This document shows positions 24,001 to 37,200 of a stretch of DNA of 64,000 nucleotides, one piece after another (the stretch's first letter is position 1; every line of letters starts with the position of its first letter). Both the position numbers and the translations under genes were made by a program. The notes beneath the pieces were generated by a model. The model searched no databases. It was not told the DNA's origin and saw only the letters and a program-made list of their open reading frames with translations. The stretch comes from Eledone cirrhosa (lineage: Eukaryota), in contig OZ024744.1 of assembly GCA_964016885.1 (NCBI GenBank), forward strand, positions 2,108,001 to 2,172,000. Direction: 5' to 3'.

Positions 24001-27000
24001 CCTTGTCTTCCCACAAAACGTCATTCTTCACCAAGCTATCTTTCTCTACCTTGTCTTCTCCCAAAACTTCGTTCTTCACCAAGCTATCTTTCTCTACCTT
24101 GTCTTCCCTCAGAACTTCGTTCTTCACCAAGCTATCTTTCTCTACCTTGTCCTCCCCCAAAACTTCGTTCTTCACCAAGCTATCTTTCTCTACCTTGTCT
24201 TCCCCCAAAACTTCGTTCTTCGCAAGCTATCTTTCTCTACCTTGTTTTCCCCCAAAACTTCGTTGTTCACCAAGCTATCTTTCTCTACCTTGTCTTCCCC
24301 CAAAACTTCGTTCTTCACCAAGCTATCTTTCTCTACCTTGTCTTCCCCCAAAACTTCGTTCTTCACCAAGCTATCTTTCTCTACCTTCTCCTCCCACAAA
24401 ACTTCGTTCTTCACCAAGCTATCTTTCTCTACCTTGTCTTCCCACAAAACGTCGTTCTTCACCAAGCTATCTTTCTCTACCTTGTCTCCCCTCAAAACTT
24501 CGTTCTTCACCAAGCTATCTTTCTCTACCTTGTCTTCCCTCAAAACGTCGTTCTTCACCAAGCTATCTTTCTCTACCTTGTCTTCTCCCAAAACTTCGTT
24601 ATTCACCAAGCTATCTTTCTCTACCTTGTCTTCCCTCAAAACTTCGTTCTTCACCAAGCTATCTTTCTCTACCTTGTCTTCCCCCAAAACTTCGTTCTTC
24701 ACCAAGCTTTCTTTCTCTACACTGTCTTCCCCAAAACTTCGTTCTTCACCAAGCTATCTTTCTCTACCTTGTGTTCCCCCAAAACTTCGTTGTTCACCAA
24801 GCTATCTTTCACTACCTTGTCTTCCCCCAAAACGTCGTTCTTCACCAAGCTATCTTTCTCTACCTTGTCATCCCTCAAAACTTCGTTCTTCACCAATCTA
24901 TCTTTCTCTACCTTGTCTTCCCCCAAAACTACGTTCTTCACCAAGCTATCTTTCTCTAGCTTGTCTTCACACAAAACCTCGTTCTTCACCAAGCTATCTT
25001 TCTCTACCTTGTCTTCCCACAAAACGTCATTCTTCACCAAGCTATCTTTCTCTACCTTGTCTTCTCCCAAAACTTCGTTCTTCACCAAGCTATCTTTCTC
25101 TACCTTGTCCTCCCCCAAAACTTCGTTCTTCACCAAGCTATCTTTCTCTACCTTGTCTTCCCCCAAAACTTCGTTCTTCGCAAGCTATCTTTCTCTACCT
25201 TGTTTTCCCCCAAAACTTCGTTGTTCACCAAGCTATCTTTCTCTACCTTGTCTTCCCCCAAAACTTCGTTCTTCACCAAGCTATCTTTCTCTACCTTGTC
25301 TTCCCCCAAAACTTCGTTATTCACCAAGCTATCTTTCTCTACCTTGTCTTCCCCCAAAACTTCGTTCTTCACCAAGCTTTCTTTCTCTACACTGTCTTCC
25401 CCAAAACTTCGTTCTTCTCCAAGCTATCTTTCTCTACCTTGTCTTCCCCCAAAACTTCGTTCTTCACCAAGCTATCTTTCTCTATTTTGTCTTCCCTCAA
25501 AACGTCATTCTTCACCAAGCTATCTTTCTCTACTTTGTCTTCCCTCAAAATTTCGTTCTTCACCAAGCTATCTTTCTCGACCTTGTCTTCTCCCAAAACT
25601 TCGTTATTCACCAAGCTATCTTTCTCTACCTTGTCTTCCCTCAAAACTTCGTTCTTCACCAAGCTATCTTTCTCTACCTTGTCTTCCCCCAAAACTTCGT
25701 TCTTCACCAAGCTATCTTTCTCTACCTTGTCTTCCCCCAAAATTTCGTTCTTCACCAAGCTATCTTTCTCTACCTTGTCTTCCCCCAAAACTTCGTTCTT
25801 CACCAAGTCATCTTTCTCTACCTTGTCATCCCTCAAAACTTCGTTCTTCACCAATCTATCTTTCTCTACCTTGTCTTCCCCCAAAACTACGTTCTTCACC
25901 AAGCTATCTTTCTCTAGCTTGTCTTCACACAAAACCTCGTTCTTCACCAAGCTATCTTTCTCTACCTTGTCTTCCCACAAAACGTCATTCTTCACCAAGC
26001 TATCTTTCTCTACCTTGTCTTCTCCCAAAACTTCGTTCTTCACCAAGCTATCTTTCTCTACCTTGTCCTCCCCAAAACTTCGTTCTTCACCAAGCTATCT
26101 TTCTCTACCTTGTCTTCCCCCAAAATTTCGTTCTTCGCAAGCTATCTTTCTCTACCTTGTCTTCCGTCAAAACTTCGTTCTCCACCAAGATATCTTTCTC
26201 TACCTTGTCTTCCCACAAAACGTCGTTCTTCACCAAGCTATCTTTCTCTACCTTGTCTTCCCTCAGAACTTCGTTCTTCACCAAGCTATCTTTCTCTACC
26301 TTGTCTTCCCCCAAAACTACGTTCTTCACCAAGCTATCTTTCTCTAGCTTGTCTTCACACAAAACCTCGTTCTTCACCAAGCTTTCTTTCTCTACCTTGT
26401 CTTCCCACAAAACGTCATTCTTCACCAAGCTATCTTTCTCTACCTTGTCTTCTCCCAAAACTTCGTTCTTCACCAAGCTATCTTTCTCTACTTTGTCTTC
26501 CCTCAGAACTTCGTTCTTCACCAAGCTATCTTTCTCTACCTTGTCTTCTCCCAAAACTTCGTTATTCACCAAGCTATCTTTCTCTACCTTGTCTTCCCCC
26601 AAAACTTCGTTCTTCACCAAGCTTTCTTTCTCTACACTGTCTTCCCAAAAACTTCGTTCTTCACCAAGCTATCTTTCTCTACCTTGTCTTCCCCCAAAAC
26701 TTCGTTCTTCACCAAGCTATCTTTCTCTACCTTGTCTTCCCCCAAAACTTCGTTCTTCACCAAGCTATCTTTCTCTACCTTGTCTTCCCCCAAAGCTTCG
26801 TTCTTCACCAAGCTATCTTTCTCTACCTTGTCTTCCCACAAAACTTCGTTCTTCACCAAGCTATCTTTCTCTACCTTGTCTTCCCACAAAACGTCGTTCT
26901 TCACCAAGCTATCTTTCTCTACCTTGTCTTCCCTCAAAACTTCGTTCTTCACCAAGCTATCTTTCTCTACCTTATCTTCCCCCAAAACTTCGTTCTTCAC

Positions 27001-28200
27001 CAAGCTATCTTTCTCTACCTTGTCTTCCCCCAAAACTTCGTTCTTCACCAAGCTATCTTTCTCTACCTTGTCTTCCCTCAAAACTTCGTTCTTCACCAAG
27101 CTATCTTTCTCGACCTTGTCTTCTCCCAAAACTTCGTTATTCACCAAGCTATCTTTCTCTACCTTGTCTTCTCCCAAAACTTCGTTATTCACCAAGCTAT
27201 CTTTCTCTACCTTGTCTTCCCTCAAAACTTCGTTCTTCACCAAGCTATCTTTCTCTACCTTGTCTTCCCCCAAAACTTCGTTCTTCACCAAGCTATCTTT
27301 CTCTACCTTGTCTTCCCCCAAAACTTCGTTCTTCACCAAGCTATCTTTCTCTACCTTGTCTTCCCCCAAAACTTCGTTCTTCACCAAGTCATCTTTCTCT
27401 ACCTTGTCATCCCTCTAAACTTCGTTCTTCACCAATCTATCTTTCTCTACCTTGTCTTCCCCCAAAACTACGTTCTTCACCAAGCTATTTTTCTCTAGCT
27501 TGTCTTCACACAAAACCTCGTTCTTCACCAAGCTATCTTTCTCTACCTTGTCTTCCCTCAGAACTTCGTTCTTCACCAAGCTATCTTTCTCTACCTTGTC
27601 TTCCCCCAAAACTTCGTTCTTCACCAAGCTATCTTTCTCTACCTTGTCTTCCCCCAAAACTACGTTCTTCACCAAGCTATCTTTCTCTACCTTGTCCTCC
27701 CCCAAAACTTCGTTCTTCACCAAGCTATCTTTCTCTACCTTGTCTTCCCTCAGAACTTCGTTCTTCACCAAGCTATCTTTCTCTACCTTGTCTTCCCCCA
27801 AAACTTCGTTCTTCACCAAGCTATCTTTCTCTACATTGTCTTCCCCAAAACTTCGTTCTTCACCAAGCTATCTTTCTCTACCTTGTCTTCCCCCAAAACT
27901 TCGTTCTTCACCAAGCTATCTTTCTCTACCTTGTCTTCCCCCAAAACTTCGTTCTTCACCAAGTCATCTTTCTCTACCTTGTCATCCCTCAAAACTTCGT
28001 TCTTCACCAATCTATCTTTCTCTACCTTGTCTTCCCCCAAAACTACGTTCTTCACCAAGCTATCTTTCTCTAGCTTGTCTTCACACAAAACCTCGTTCTT
28101 CACCAAGCTATCTTTCTCTACCTTGTCTTCCCACAAAACGTCATTCTTCACCAAGCTATCTTTCTCTACCTTGTCTTCTCCCAAAACTTCGTTCTTCACC
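20730..28200. repeat. Paired ~3.3-kb blocks at a 4,120-bp offset (~20,730-24,080 and ~24,850-28,200)
   Basis: ORF offsets 21028 to 25148, 21267 to 25387, 21985 to 26105, 22512 to 26632, 23295 to 27415 and 23711 to 27831 are all 4,120. Confidence 0.85.
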
Positions 28201-31200
28201 AAGCTATCTTTCTCTACCTTGTCTTCCCTCAAAACTTCGTTCTTCACCAAGCTATCTTTCTCGACCTTGTCTTCTCCCAAAACTTCGTTATTCACCAAGC
28301 TATCTTTCTCTACCTTGTCTTCTCCCAAAACTTCGTTATTCACCAAGCTATCTTTCTCTACCTTGTCTTCCCTCAAAACTTCGTTCTTCACCAAGCTATC
28401 TTTCTCTACCTTGTCTTCCCCCAAAACTTCGTTCTTCACCAAGCTATCTTTCTCTACCTTGTCTTCCCCCAAAACTTCGTTCTTCACCAAGCTATCTTTC
28501 TCTACCTTGTCTTCCCCCAAAACTTCGTTCTTCACCAAGTCATCTTTCTCTACCTTGTCATCCCTCTAAACTTCGTTCTTCACCAATCTATCTTTCTCTA
28601 CCTTGTCTTCCCCCAAAACTACATTCTTCACCAAGCTATTTTTCTCTAGCTTGTCTTCACACAAAACCTCGTTCTTCACCAAGCTATCTTTCTCTACCTT
28701 GTCTTCCCTCAGAACTTCGTTCTTCACCAAGCTATCTTTCTCTACCTTGTCTTCCCCCAAAACTTCGTTCTTCACCAAGCTATCTTTCTCTACCTTGTCT
28801 TCCCCCAAAACTACGTTCTTCACCAAGCTATCTTTCTCTACCTTGTCCTCCCCCAAAACTTCGTTCTTCACCAAGCTATCTTTCTCTACCTTGTCTTCCC
28901 TCAGAACTTCGTTCTTCACCAAGCTATCTTTCTCTACCTTGTCTTCCCCCAAAACTTCGTTCTTCACCAAGCTATCTTTCTCTACATTGTCTTCCCCAAA
29001 ACTTCGTTCTTCACCAAGCTATCTTTCTCTACCTTGTCTTCCCCCAAAACTTCGTTCTTCACCAAGCTATCTTTCTCTACCTTGTCTTCCCCCAAAACTT
29101 CGTTCTTCACCAAGTCATCTTTCTCTACCTTGTCATCCCTCAAAACTTCGTTCTTCACCAATCTATCTTTCTCTACCTTGTCTTCCCCCAAAACTACGTT
29201 CTTCACCAAGCTATCTTTCTCTAGCTTGTCTTCACACAAAACCTCGTTCTTCACCAAGCTATCTTTCTCTACCTTGTCTTCCCACAAAACGTCATTCTTC
29301 ACCAAGCTATCTTTCTCTACCTTGTCTTCTCCCAAAACTTCGTTCTTCACCAAGCTATCTTTCTCTACCTTGTCTTCCCTCAGAACTTCGTTCTTCACCA
29401 AGCTATCTTTCTCTACCTTGTCCTCCCCCAAAACTTCGTTCTTCACCAAGCTATCTTTCTCTACCTTGTCTTCCCCCAAAACTTCGTTCTTCGCAAGCTA
29501 TCTTTCTCTACCTTGTTTTCCCCCAAAACTTCGTTGTTCACCAAGCTATCTTTCTCTACCTTGTCTTCCCCCAAAACTTCGTTCTTCACCAAGCTATCTT
29601 TCTCTACCTTGTCTTCCCCCAAAACTTCGTTCTTCACCAAGCTATCTTTCTCTACCTTCTCCTCCCACAAAACTTCGTTCTTCACCAAGCTATCTTTCTC
29701 TACCTTGTCTTCCCACAAAACGTCGTTCTTCACCAAGCTATCTTTCTCTACCTTGTCTCCCCTCAAAACTTCGTTCTTCACCAAGCTATCTTTCTCTACC
29801 TTGTCTTCCCTCAAAACGTCGTTCTTCACCAAGCTATCTTTCTCTACCTTGTCTTCTCCCAAAACTTCGTTATTCACCAAGCTATCTTTCTCTACCTTGT
29901 CTTCCCTCAAAACTTCGTTCTTCACCAAGCTATCTTTCTCTACCTTGTCTTCCCCCAAAACTTCGTTCTTCACCAAGCTTTCTTTCTCTACACTGTCTTC
30001 CCCAAAACTTCGTTCTTCACCAAGCTATCTTTCTCTACCTTGTGTTCCCCCAAAACTTCGTTGTTCACCAAGCTATCTTTCACTACCTTGTCTTCCCCCA
30101 AAACGTCGTTCTTCACCAAGCTATCTTTCTCTACCTTGTCTTCCCCCAAAACTTCGTTCTTCACCAAGCTATCTTTCTCTACCTTGTCTTCCCACAAAAC
30201 TTCGTTCTTCACCAAGCTATCTTTCTCTACCTTGTCTTCCCACAAAACGTCGTTCTTCACCAAGCTATCTTTCTCTACCTTGTCTTCCCTCAAAACTTCG
30301 TTCTTCACCAAGCTATCTTTCTCTACCTTATCTTCCCCCAAAACTTCGTTCTTCACCAAGCTATCTTTCTCTACCTTGTCTTCCTCCAAAACTTCGTTCT
30401 TCACCAAGCTATCTTTCTCTACCTTGTCTTCCCTCAGAACTTCGTTCTTCACCAAGCTATCTTTCTCTACCTTGTCCTCCCCCAAAACTTCGTTCTTCAC
30501 CAAGCTATCTTTCTCTACCTTGTCTTCCCTCAAAACGTCGTTCTTCACCAAGCTATCTTTCTCTACATTGTCTTCCCCAAAACATCGTTCTTCACCAAGC
30601 TATCTTTCTCTACCTTGTCTTCCCCCAAAACTTCGTTCTTCACCAAGCTATCTTTCTCTACCTTGTCTTCCCCCAAAACTTCGTTCTTCACCAAGCTATC
30701 TTTCTCTACCTTGTCTTCCCACAAAACGTCGTTCTTCACCAAGCTATCTTACTCTATTTTGTCTTCCCTCAAAACGTCGTTCTTCACCAAGCTATCTTTC
30801 TCTACCTTGTCTTCCCTCAAAATTTCGTTCTTCACCAAGCTATCTTTCTCGACCTTGTCTTCTCCCAAAACTTCGTTATTCACCAAGCTATCTTTCTCTA
30901 CCTTGTCTTCCCTCAAAACTTCGTTCTTCACCAAGCTATCTTTCTCTACCTTGTCTTCCCCCAAAACTTCGTTCTTCACCAAGCTATCTTTCTCTACCTT
31001 GTCTTCCCCCAAAATTTCGTTCTTCCCAAGCTATCTTTCTCTACCTTGTCTTCCCCCAAAACTTCGTTCTTCACCAAGTCATCTTTCTCTACCTTGTCAT
31101 CCCTCAAAACTTCGTTCTTCACCAATCTATCTTTCTCTACCTTGTCTTCCCCCAAAACTACGTTCTTCACCAAGCTATCTTTCTCTAGCTTGTCTTCACA

Positions 31201-34200
31201 CAAAACCTCGTTCTTCACCAAGCTATCTTTCTCTACCTTGACTTCCCACAAAACGTCATTCTTCACCAAGCTATCTTTCTCTACCTTGTCTTCTCCCAAA
31301 ACTTCGTTCTTCACCAAGCTATCTTTCTCTACCTTGTCCTCCCCCAAAACTTCGTTCTTCACCAAGCTATCTTTCTCTACCTTGTCTTCCCCCAAAATTT
31401 CGTTCTTCGCAAGCTATCTTTCTCTACCTTGTCTTCCGTCAAAACTTCGTTCTTCACCAAGATATCTTTCTCTACCTTGTCTTCCCACAAAACGTCGTTC
31501 TTCACCAAGCTATCTTTCTCTACCTTGTCTTCCCTCAGAACTTCGTTCTTCACCAAGCTATCTTTCTCTACCTTGTCTTCCCCCAAAACTACGTTCTTCA
31601 CCAAGCTATCTTTCTCTACCTTGTCCTCCCCCAAAACTTCGTTCTTCACCAAGCTATCTTTCTCTACCTTGTCTTCCCCCAAAACTTCGTTCTTCACCAA
31701 GTCATCTTTCTCTACCTTGTCATCCCTCAAAACTTCGTTCTTCACCAATCTATCTTTCTCTACCTTGTCTTCCCCCAAAACTACGTTCTTCACCAAGCTA
31801 TCTTTCTCTAGCTTGTCTTCACACAAAACCTCGTTCTTCACCAAGCTATCTTTCTCTACCTTGTCTTCCCACAAAACGTCATTCTTCACCAAGCTATCTT
31901 TCTCTACCTTGTCTTCTCCCAAAACTTCGTTCTTCACCAAGCTATCTTTCTCTACCTTGTCCTCCCCCAAAACTTCGTTCTTCACCAAGCTATCTTTCTC
32001 TACCTTGTCTTCCCCCAAAACTTCGTTCTTCGCAAGCTATCTTTCTCTACCTTGTTTTCCCCCAAAACTTCGTTGTTCACCAAGCTATCTTTCTCTACCT
32101 TGTCTTCCCCCAAAACTTCGTTCTTCACCAAGCTATCTTTCTCTACCTTGTCTTCCCCCAAAACTTCGTTCTTCACCAAGCTATCTTTCTCTACCTTCTC
32201 CTCCCACAAAACTTCGTTCTTCACCAAGCTATCTTTCTCTACCTTGTCTTCCCACAAAACGTCGTTCTTCACCAAGCTATCTTTCTCTACCTTGTCTCCC
32301 CTCAAAACTTCGTTCTTCACCAAGCTATCTTTCTCTACCTTGTCTTCCCTCAAAACGTCGTTCTTCACCAAGCTATCTTTCTCTACCTTGTCTTCTCCCA
32401 AAACTTCGTTATTCACCAAGCTATCTTTCTCTACCTTGTCTTCCCTCAAAACTTCGTTCTTCACCAAGCTATCTTTCTCTACCTTGTCTTCCCCCAAAAC
32501 TTCGTTCTTCACCAAGCTTTCTTTCTCTACACTGTCTTCCCCAAAACTTCGTTCTTCACCAAGCTATCTTTCTCTACCTTGTGTTCCCCCAAAACTTCGT
32601 TGTTCACCAAGCTATCTTTCACTACCTTGTCTTCCCCCAAAACGTCGTTCTTCACCAAGCTATCTTTCTCTACCTTGTCATCCCTCAAAACTTCGTTCTT
32701 CACCAATCTATCTTTCTCTACCTTGTCTTCCCCCAAAACTACGTTCTTCACCAAGCTATCTTTCTCTAGCTTGTCTTCACACAAAACCTCGTTCTTCACC
32801 AAGCTATCTTTCTCTACCTTGTCTTCCCACAAAACGTCATTCTTCACCAAGCTATCTTTCTCTACCTTGTCTTCTCCCAAAACTTCGTTCTTCACCAAGC
32901 TATCTTTCTCTACCTTGTCCTCCCCCAAAACTTCGTTCTTCACCAAGCTATCTTTCTCTACCTTGTCTTCCCCCAAAACTTCGTTCTTCGCAAGCTATCT
33001 TTCTCTACCTTCTTTTCCCCCAAAACTTCGTTGTTCACCAAGCTATCTTTCTCTACCTTGTCTTCCCCCAAAACTTCGTTCTTCACCAAGCTATCTTTCT
33101 CTACCTTGTCTTCCCCCAAAACTTCGTTATTCACCAAGCTATCTTTCTCTACCTTGTCTTCCCCCAAAACTTCGTTCTTCACCAAGCTTTCTTTCTCTAC
33201 ACTGTCTTCCCCAAAACTTCGTTCTTCTCCAAGCTATCTTTCTCTACCTTGTCTTCCCCCAAAACTTCGTTCTTCACCAAGCTATCTTTCTCTATTTTGT
33301 CTTCCCTCAAAACGTCGTTCTTCACCAAGCTATCTTTCTCTACTTTGTCTTCCCTCAAAATTTCGTTCTTCACCAAGCTATCTTTCTCGACCTTGTCTTC
33401 TCCCAAAACTTCGTTATTCACCAAGCTATCTTTCTCTACCTTGTCTTCCCTCAAAACTTCGTTCTTCACCAAGCTATCTTTCTCTACCTTGTCTTCCCCC
33501 AAAACTTCGTTCTTCACCAAGCTATCTTTCTCTACCTTGTCTTCCCCCAAAATTTCGTTCTTCACCAAGCTATCTTTCTCTACCTTGTCTTCCCCCAAAA
33601 CTTCGTTCTTCACCAAGTCATCTTTCTCTACCTTGTCATCCCTCAAAACTTCGTTCTTCACCAATCTATCTTTCTCTACCTTGTCTTCCCCCAAAACTAC
33701 GTTCTTCACCAAGCTATCTTTCTCTAGCTTGTCTTCACACAAAACCTCGTTCTTCACCAAGCTATCTTTCTCTACCTTGTCTTCCCACAAAACGTCATTC
33801 TTCACCAAGCTATCTTTCTCTACCTTGTCTTCTCCCAAAACTTCGTTCTTCACCAAGCTATCTTTCTCTACCTTGTCCTCCCCAAAACTTCGTTCTTCAC
33901 CAAGCTATCTTTCTCTACCTTGTCTTCCCCCAAAATTTCGTTCTTCGCAAGCTATCTTTCTCTACCTTGTCTTCCGTCAAAACTTCGTTCTCCACCAAGA
34001 TATCTTTCTCTACCTTGTCTTCCCACAAAACGTCGTTCTTCACCAAGCTATCTTTCTCTACCTTGTCTTCCCTCAGAACTTCGTTCTTCACCAAGCTATC
34101 TTTCTCTACCTTGTCTTCCCCCAAAACTACGTTCTTCACCAAGCTATCTTTCTCTAGCTTGTCTTCACACAAAACCTCGTTCTTCACCAAGCTTTCTTTC

Positions 34201-37200
34201 TCTACCTTGTCTTCCCACAAAACGTCATTCTTCACCAAGCTATCTTTCTCTACCTTGTCTTCTCCCAAAACTTCGTTCTTCACCAAGCTATCTTTCTCTA
34301 CCTTGTCTTCCCTCAGAACTTCGTTCTTCACCAAGCTATCTTTCTCTACCTTGTCTTCTCCCAAAACTTCGTTATTCACCAAGCTATCTTTCTCTACCTT
34401 GTCTTCCCCCAAAACTTCGTTCTTCACCAAGCTTTCTTTCTCTACACTGTCTTCCCAAAAACTTCGTTCTTCACCAAGCTATCTTTCTCTACCTTGTCTT
34501 CCCCCAAAACTTCGTTCTTCACCAAGCTATCTTTCTCTACCTTGTCTTCCCCCAAAACTTCGTTCTTCACCAAGCTATCTTTCTCTACCTTGTCTTCCCC
34601 CAAAGCTTCGTTCTTCACCAAGCTATCTTTCTCTACCTTGTCTTCCCACAAAACTTCGTTCTTCACCAAGCTATCTTTCTCTACCTTGTCTTCCCACAAA
34701 ACGTCGTTCTTCACCAAGCTATCTTTCTCTACCTTGTCTTCCCTCAAAACTTCGTTCTTCACCAAGCTATCTTTCTCTACCTTATCTTCCCCCAAAACTT
34801 CGTTCTTCACCAAGCTATCTTTCTCTACCTTGTCTTCCCCCAAAACTTCGTTCTTCACCAAGCTATCTTTCTCTACCTTGTCTTCCCTCAAAACTTCGTT
34901 CTTCACCAAGCTATCTTTCTCGACCTTGTCTTCTCCCAAAACTTCGTTATTCACCAAGCTATCTTTCTCTACCTTGTCTTCTCCCAAAACTTCGTTATTC
35001 ACCAAGCTATCTTTCTCTACCTTGTCTTCCCTCAAAACTTCGTTCTTCACCAAGCTATCTTTCTCTACCTTGTCTTCCCCCAAAACTTCGTTCTTCACCA
35101 AGCTATCTTTCTCTACCTTGTCTTCCCCCAAAACTTCGTTCTTCACCAAGCTATCTTTCTCTACCTTGTCTTCCCCCAAAACTTCGTTCTTCACCAAGTC
35201 ATCTTTCTCTACCTTGTCATCCCTCTAAACTTCGTTCTTCACCAATCTATCTTTCTCTACCTTGTCTTCCCCCAAAACTACGTTCTTCACCAAGCTATTT
35301 TTCTCTAGCTTGTCTTCACACAAAACCTCGTTCTTCACCAAGCTATCTTTCTCTACCTTGTCTTCCCTCAGAACTTCGTTCTTCACCAAGCTATCTTTCT
35401 CTACCTTGTCTTCCCCCAAAACTTCGTTCTTCACCAAGCTATCTTTCTCTACCTTGTCTTCCCCCAAAACTACGTTCTTCACCAAGCTATCTTTCTCTAC
35501 CTTGTCCTCCCCCAAAACTTCGTTCTTCACCAAGCTATCTTTCTCTACCTTGTCTTCCCTCAGAACTTCGTTCTTCACCAAGCTATCTTTCTCTACCTTG
35601 TCTTCCCCCAAAACTTCGTTCTTCACCAAGCTATCTTTCTCTACATTGTCTTCCCCAAAACTTCGTTCTTCACCAAGCTATCTTTCTCTACCTTGTCTTC
35701 CCCCAAAACTTCGTTCTTCACCAAGCTATCTTTCTCTACCTTGTCTTCCCCCAAAACTTCGTTCTTCACCAAGTCATCTTTCTCTACCTTGTCATCCCTC
35801 AAAACTTCGTTCTTCACCAATCTATCTTTCTCTACCTTGTCTTCCCCCAAAACTACGTTCTTCACCAAGCTATCTTTCTCTAGCTTGTCTTCACACAAAA
35901 CCTCGTTCTTCACCAAGCTATCTTTCTCTACCTTGTCTTCCCACAAAACGTCATTCTTCACCAAGCTATCTTTCTCTACCTTGTCTTCTCCCAAAACTTC
36001 GTTCTTCACCAAGCTATCTTTCTCTACCTTGTCTTCCCTCAAAACTTCGTTCTTCACCAAGCTATCTTTCTCGACCTTGTCTTCTCCCAAAACTTCGTTA
36101 TTCACCAAGCTATCTTTCTCTACCTTGTCTTCTCCCAAAACTTCGTTATTCACCAAGCTATCTTTCTCTACCTTGTCTTCCCTCAAAACTTCGTTCTTCA
36201 CCAAGCTATCTTTCTCTACCTTGTCTTCCCCCAAAACTTCGTTCTTCACCAAGCTATCTTTCTCTACCTTGTCTGCCCCCAAAACTTCGTTCTTCACCAA
36301 GCTATCTTTCTCTACCTTGTCTTCCCCCAAAACTTCGTTCTTCACCAAGTCATCTTTCTCTACCTTGTCATCCCTCTAAACTTCGTTCTTCACCAATCTA
36401 TCTTTCTCTACCTTGTCTTCCCCCAAAACTACGTTCTTCACCAAGCTATTTTTCTCTAGCTTGTCTTCACACAAAACCTCGTTCTTCACCAAGCTATCTT
36501 TCTCTACCTTGTCTTCCCTCAGAACTTCGTTCTTCACCAAGCTATCTTTCTCTACCTTGTCTTCCCCCAAAACTTCGTTCTTCACCAAGCTATCTTTCTC
36601 TACCTTGTCTTCCCCCAAAACTACGTTCTTCACCAAGCTATCTTTCTCTACCTTGTCCTCCCCCAAAACTTCGTTCTTCACCAAGCTATCTTTCTCTACC
36701 TTGTCTTCCCTCAGAACTTCGTTCTTCACCAAGCTATCTTTCTCTACCTTGTCTTCCCCCAAAACTTCGTTCTTCACCAAGCTATCTTTCTCTACATTGT
36801 CTTCCCCAAAACTTCGTTCTTCACCAAGCTATCTTTCTCTACCTTGTCTTCCCCCAAAACTTCGTTCTTCACCAAGCTATCTTTCTCTACCTTGTCTTCC
36901 CCCAAAACTTCGTTCTTCACCAAGTCATCTTTCTCTACCTTGTCATCCCTCAAAACTTCGTTCTTCACCAATCTATCTTTCTCTACCTTGTCTTCCCCCA
37001 AAACTACGTTCTTCACCAAGCTATCTTTCTCTAGCTTGTCTTCACACAAAACCTCGTTCTTCACCAAGCTATCTTTCTCTACCTTGTCTTCCCACAAAAC
37101 GTCATTCTTCACCAAGCTATCTTTCTCTACCTTGTCTTCTCCCAAAACTTCGTTCTTCACCAAGCTATCTTTCTCTACCTTGTCTTCCCTCAGAACTTCG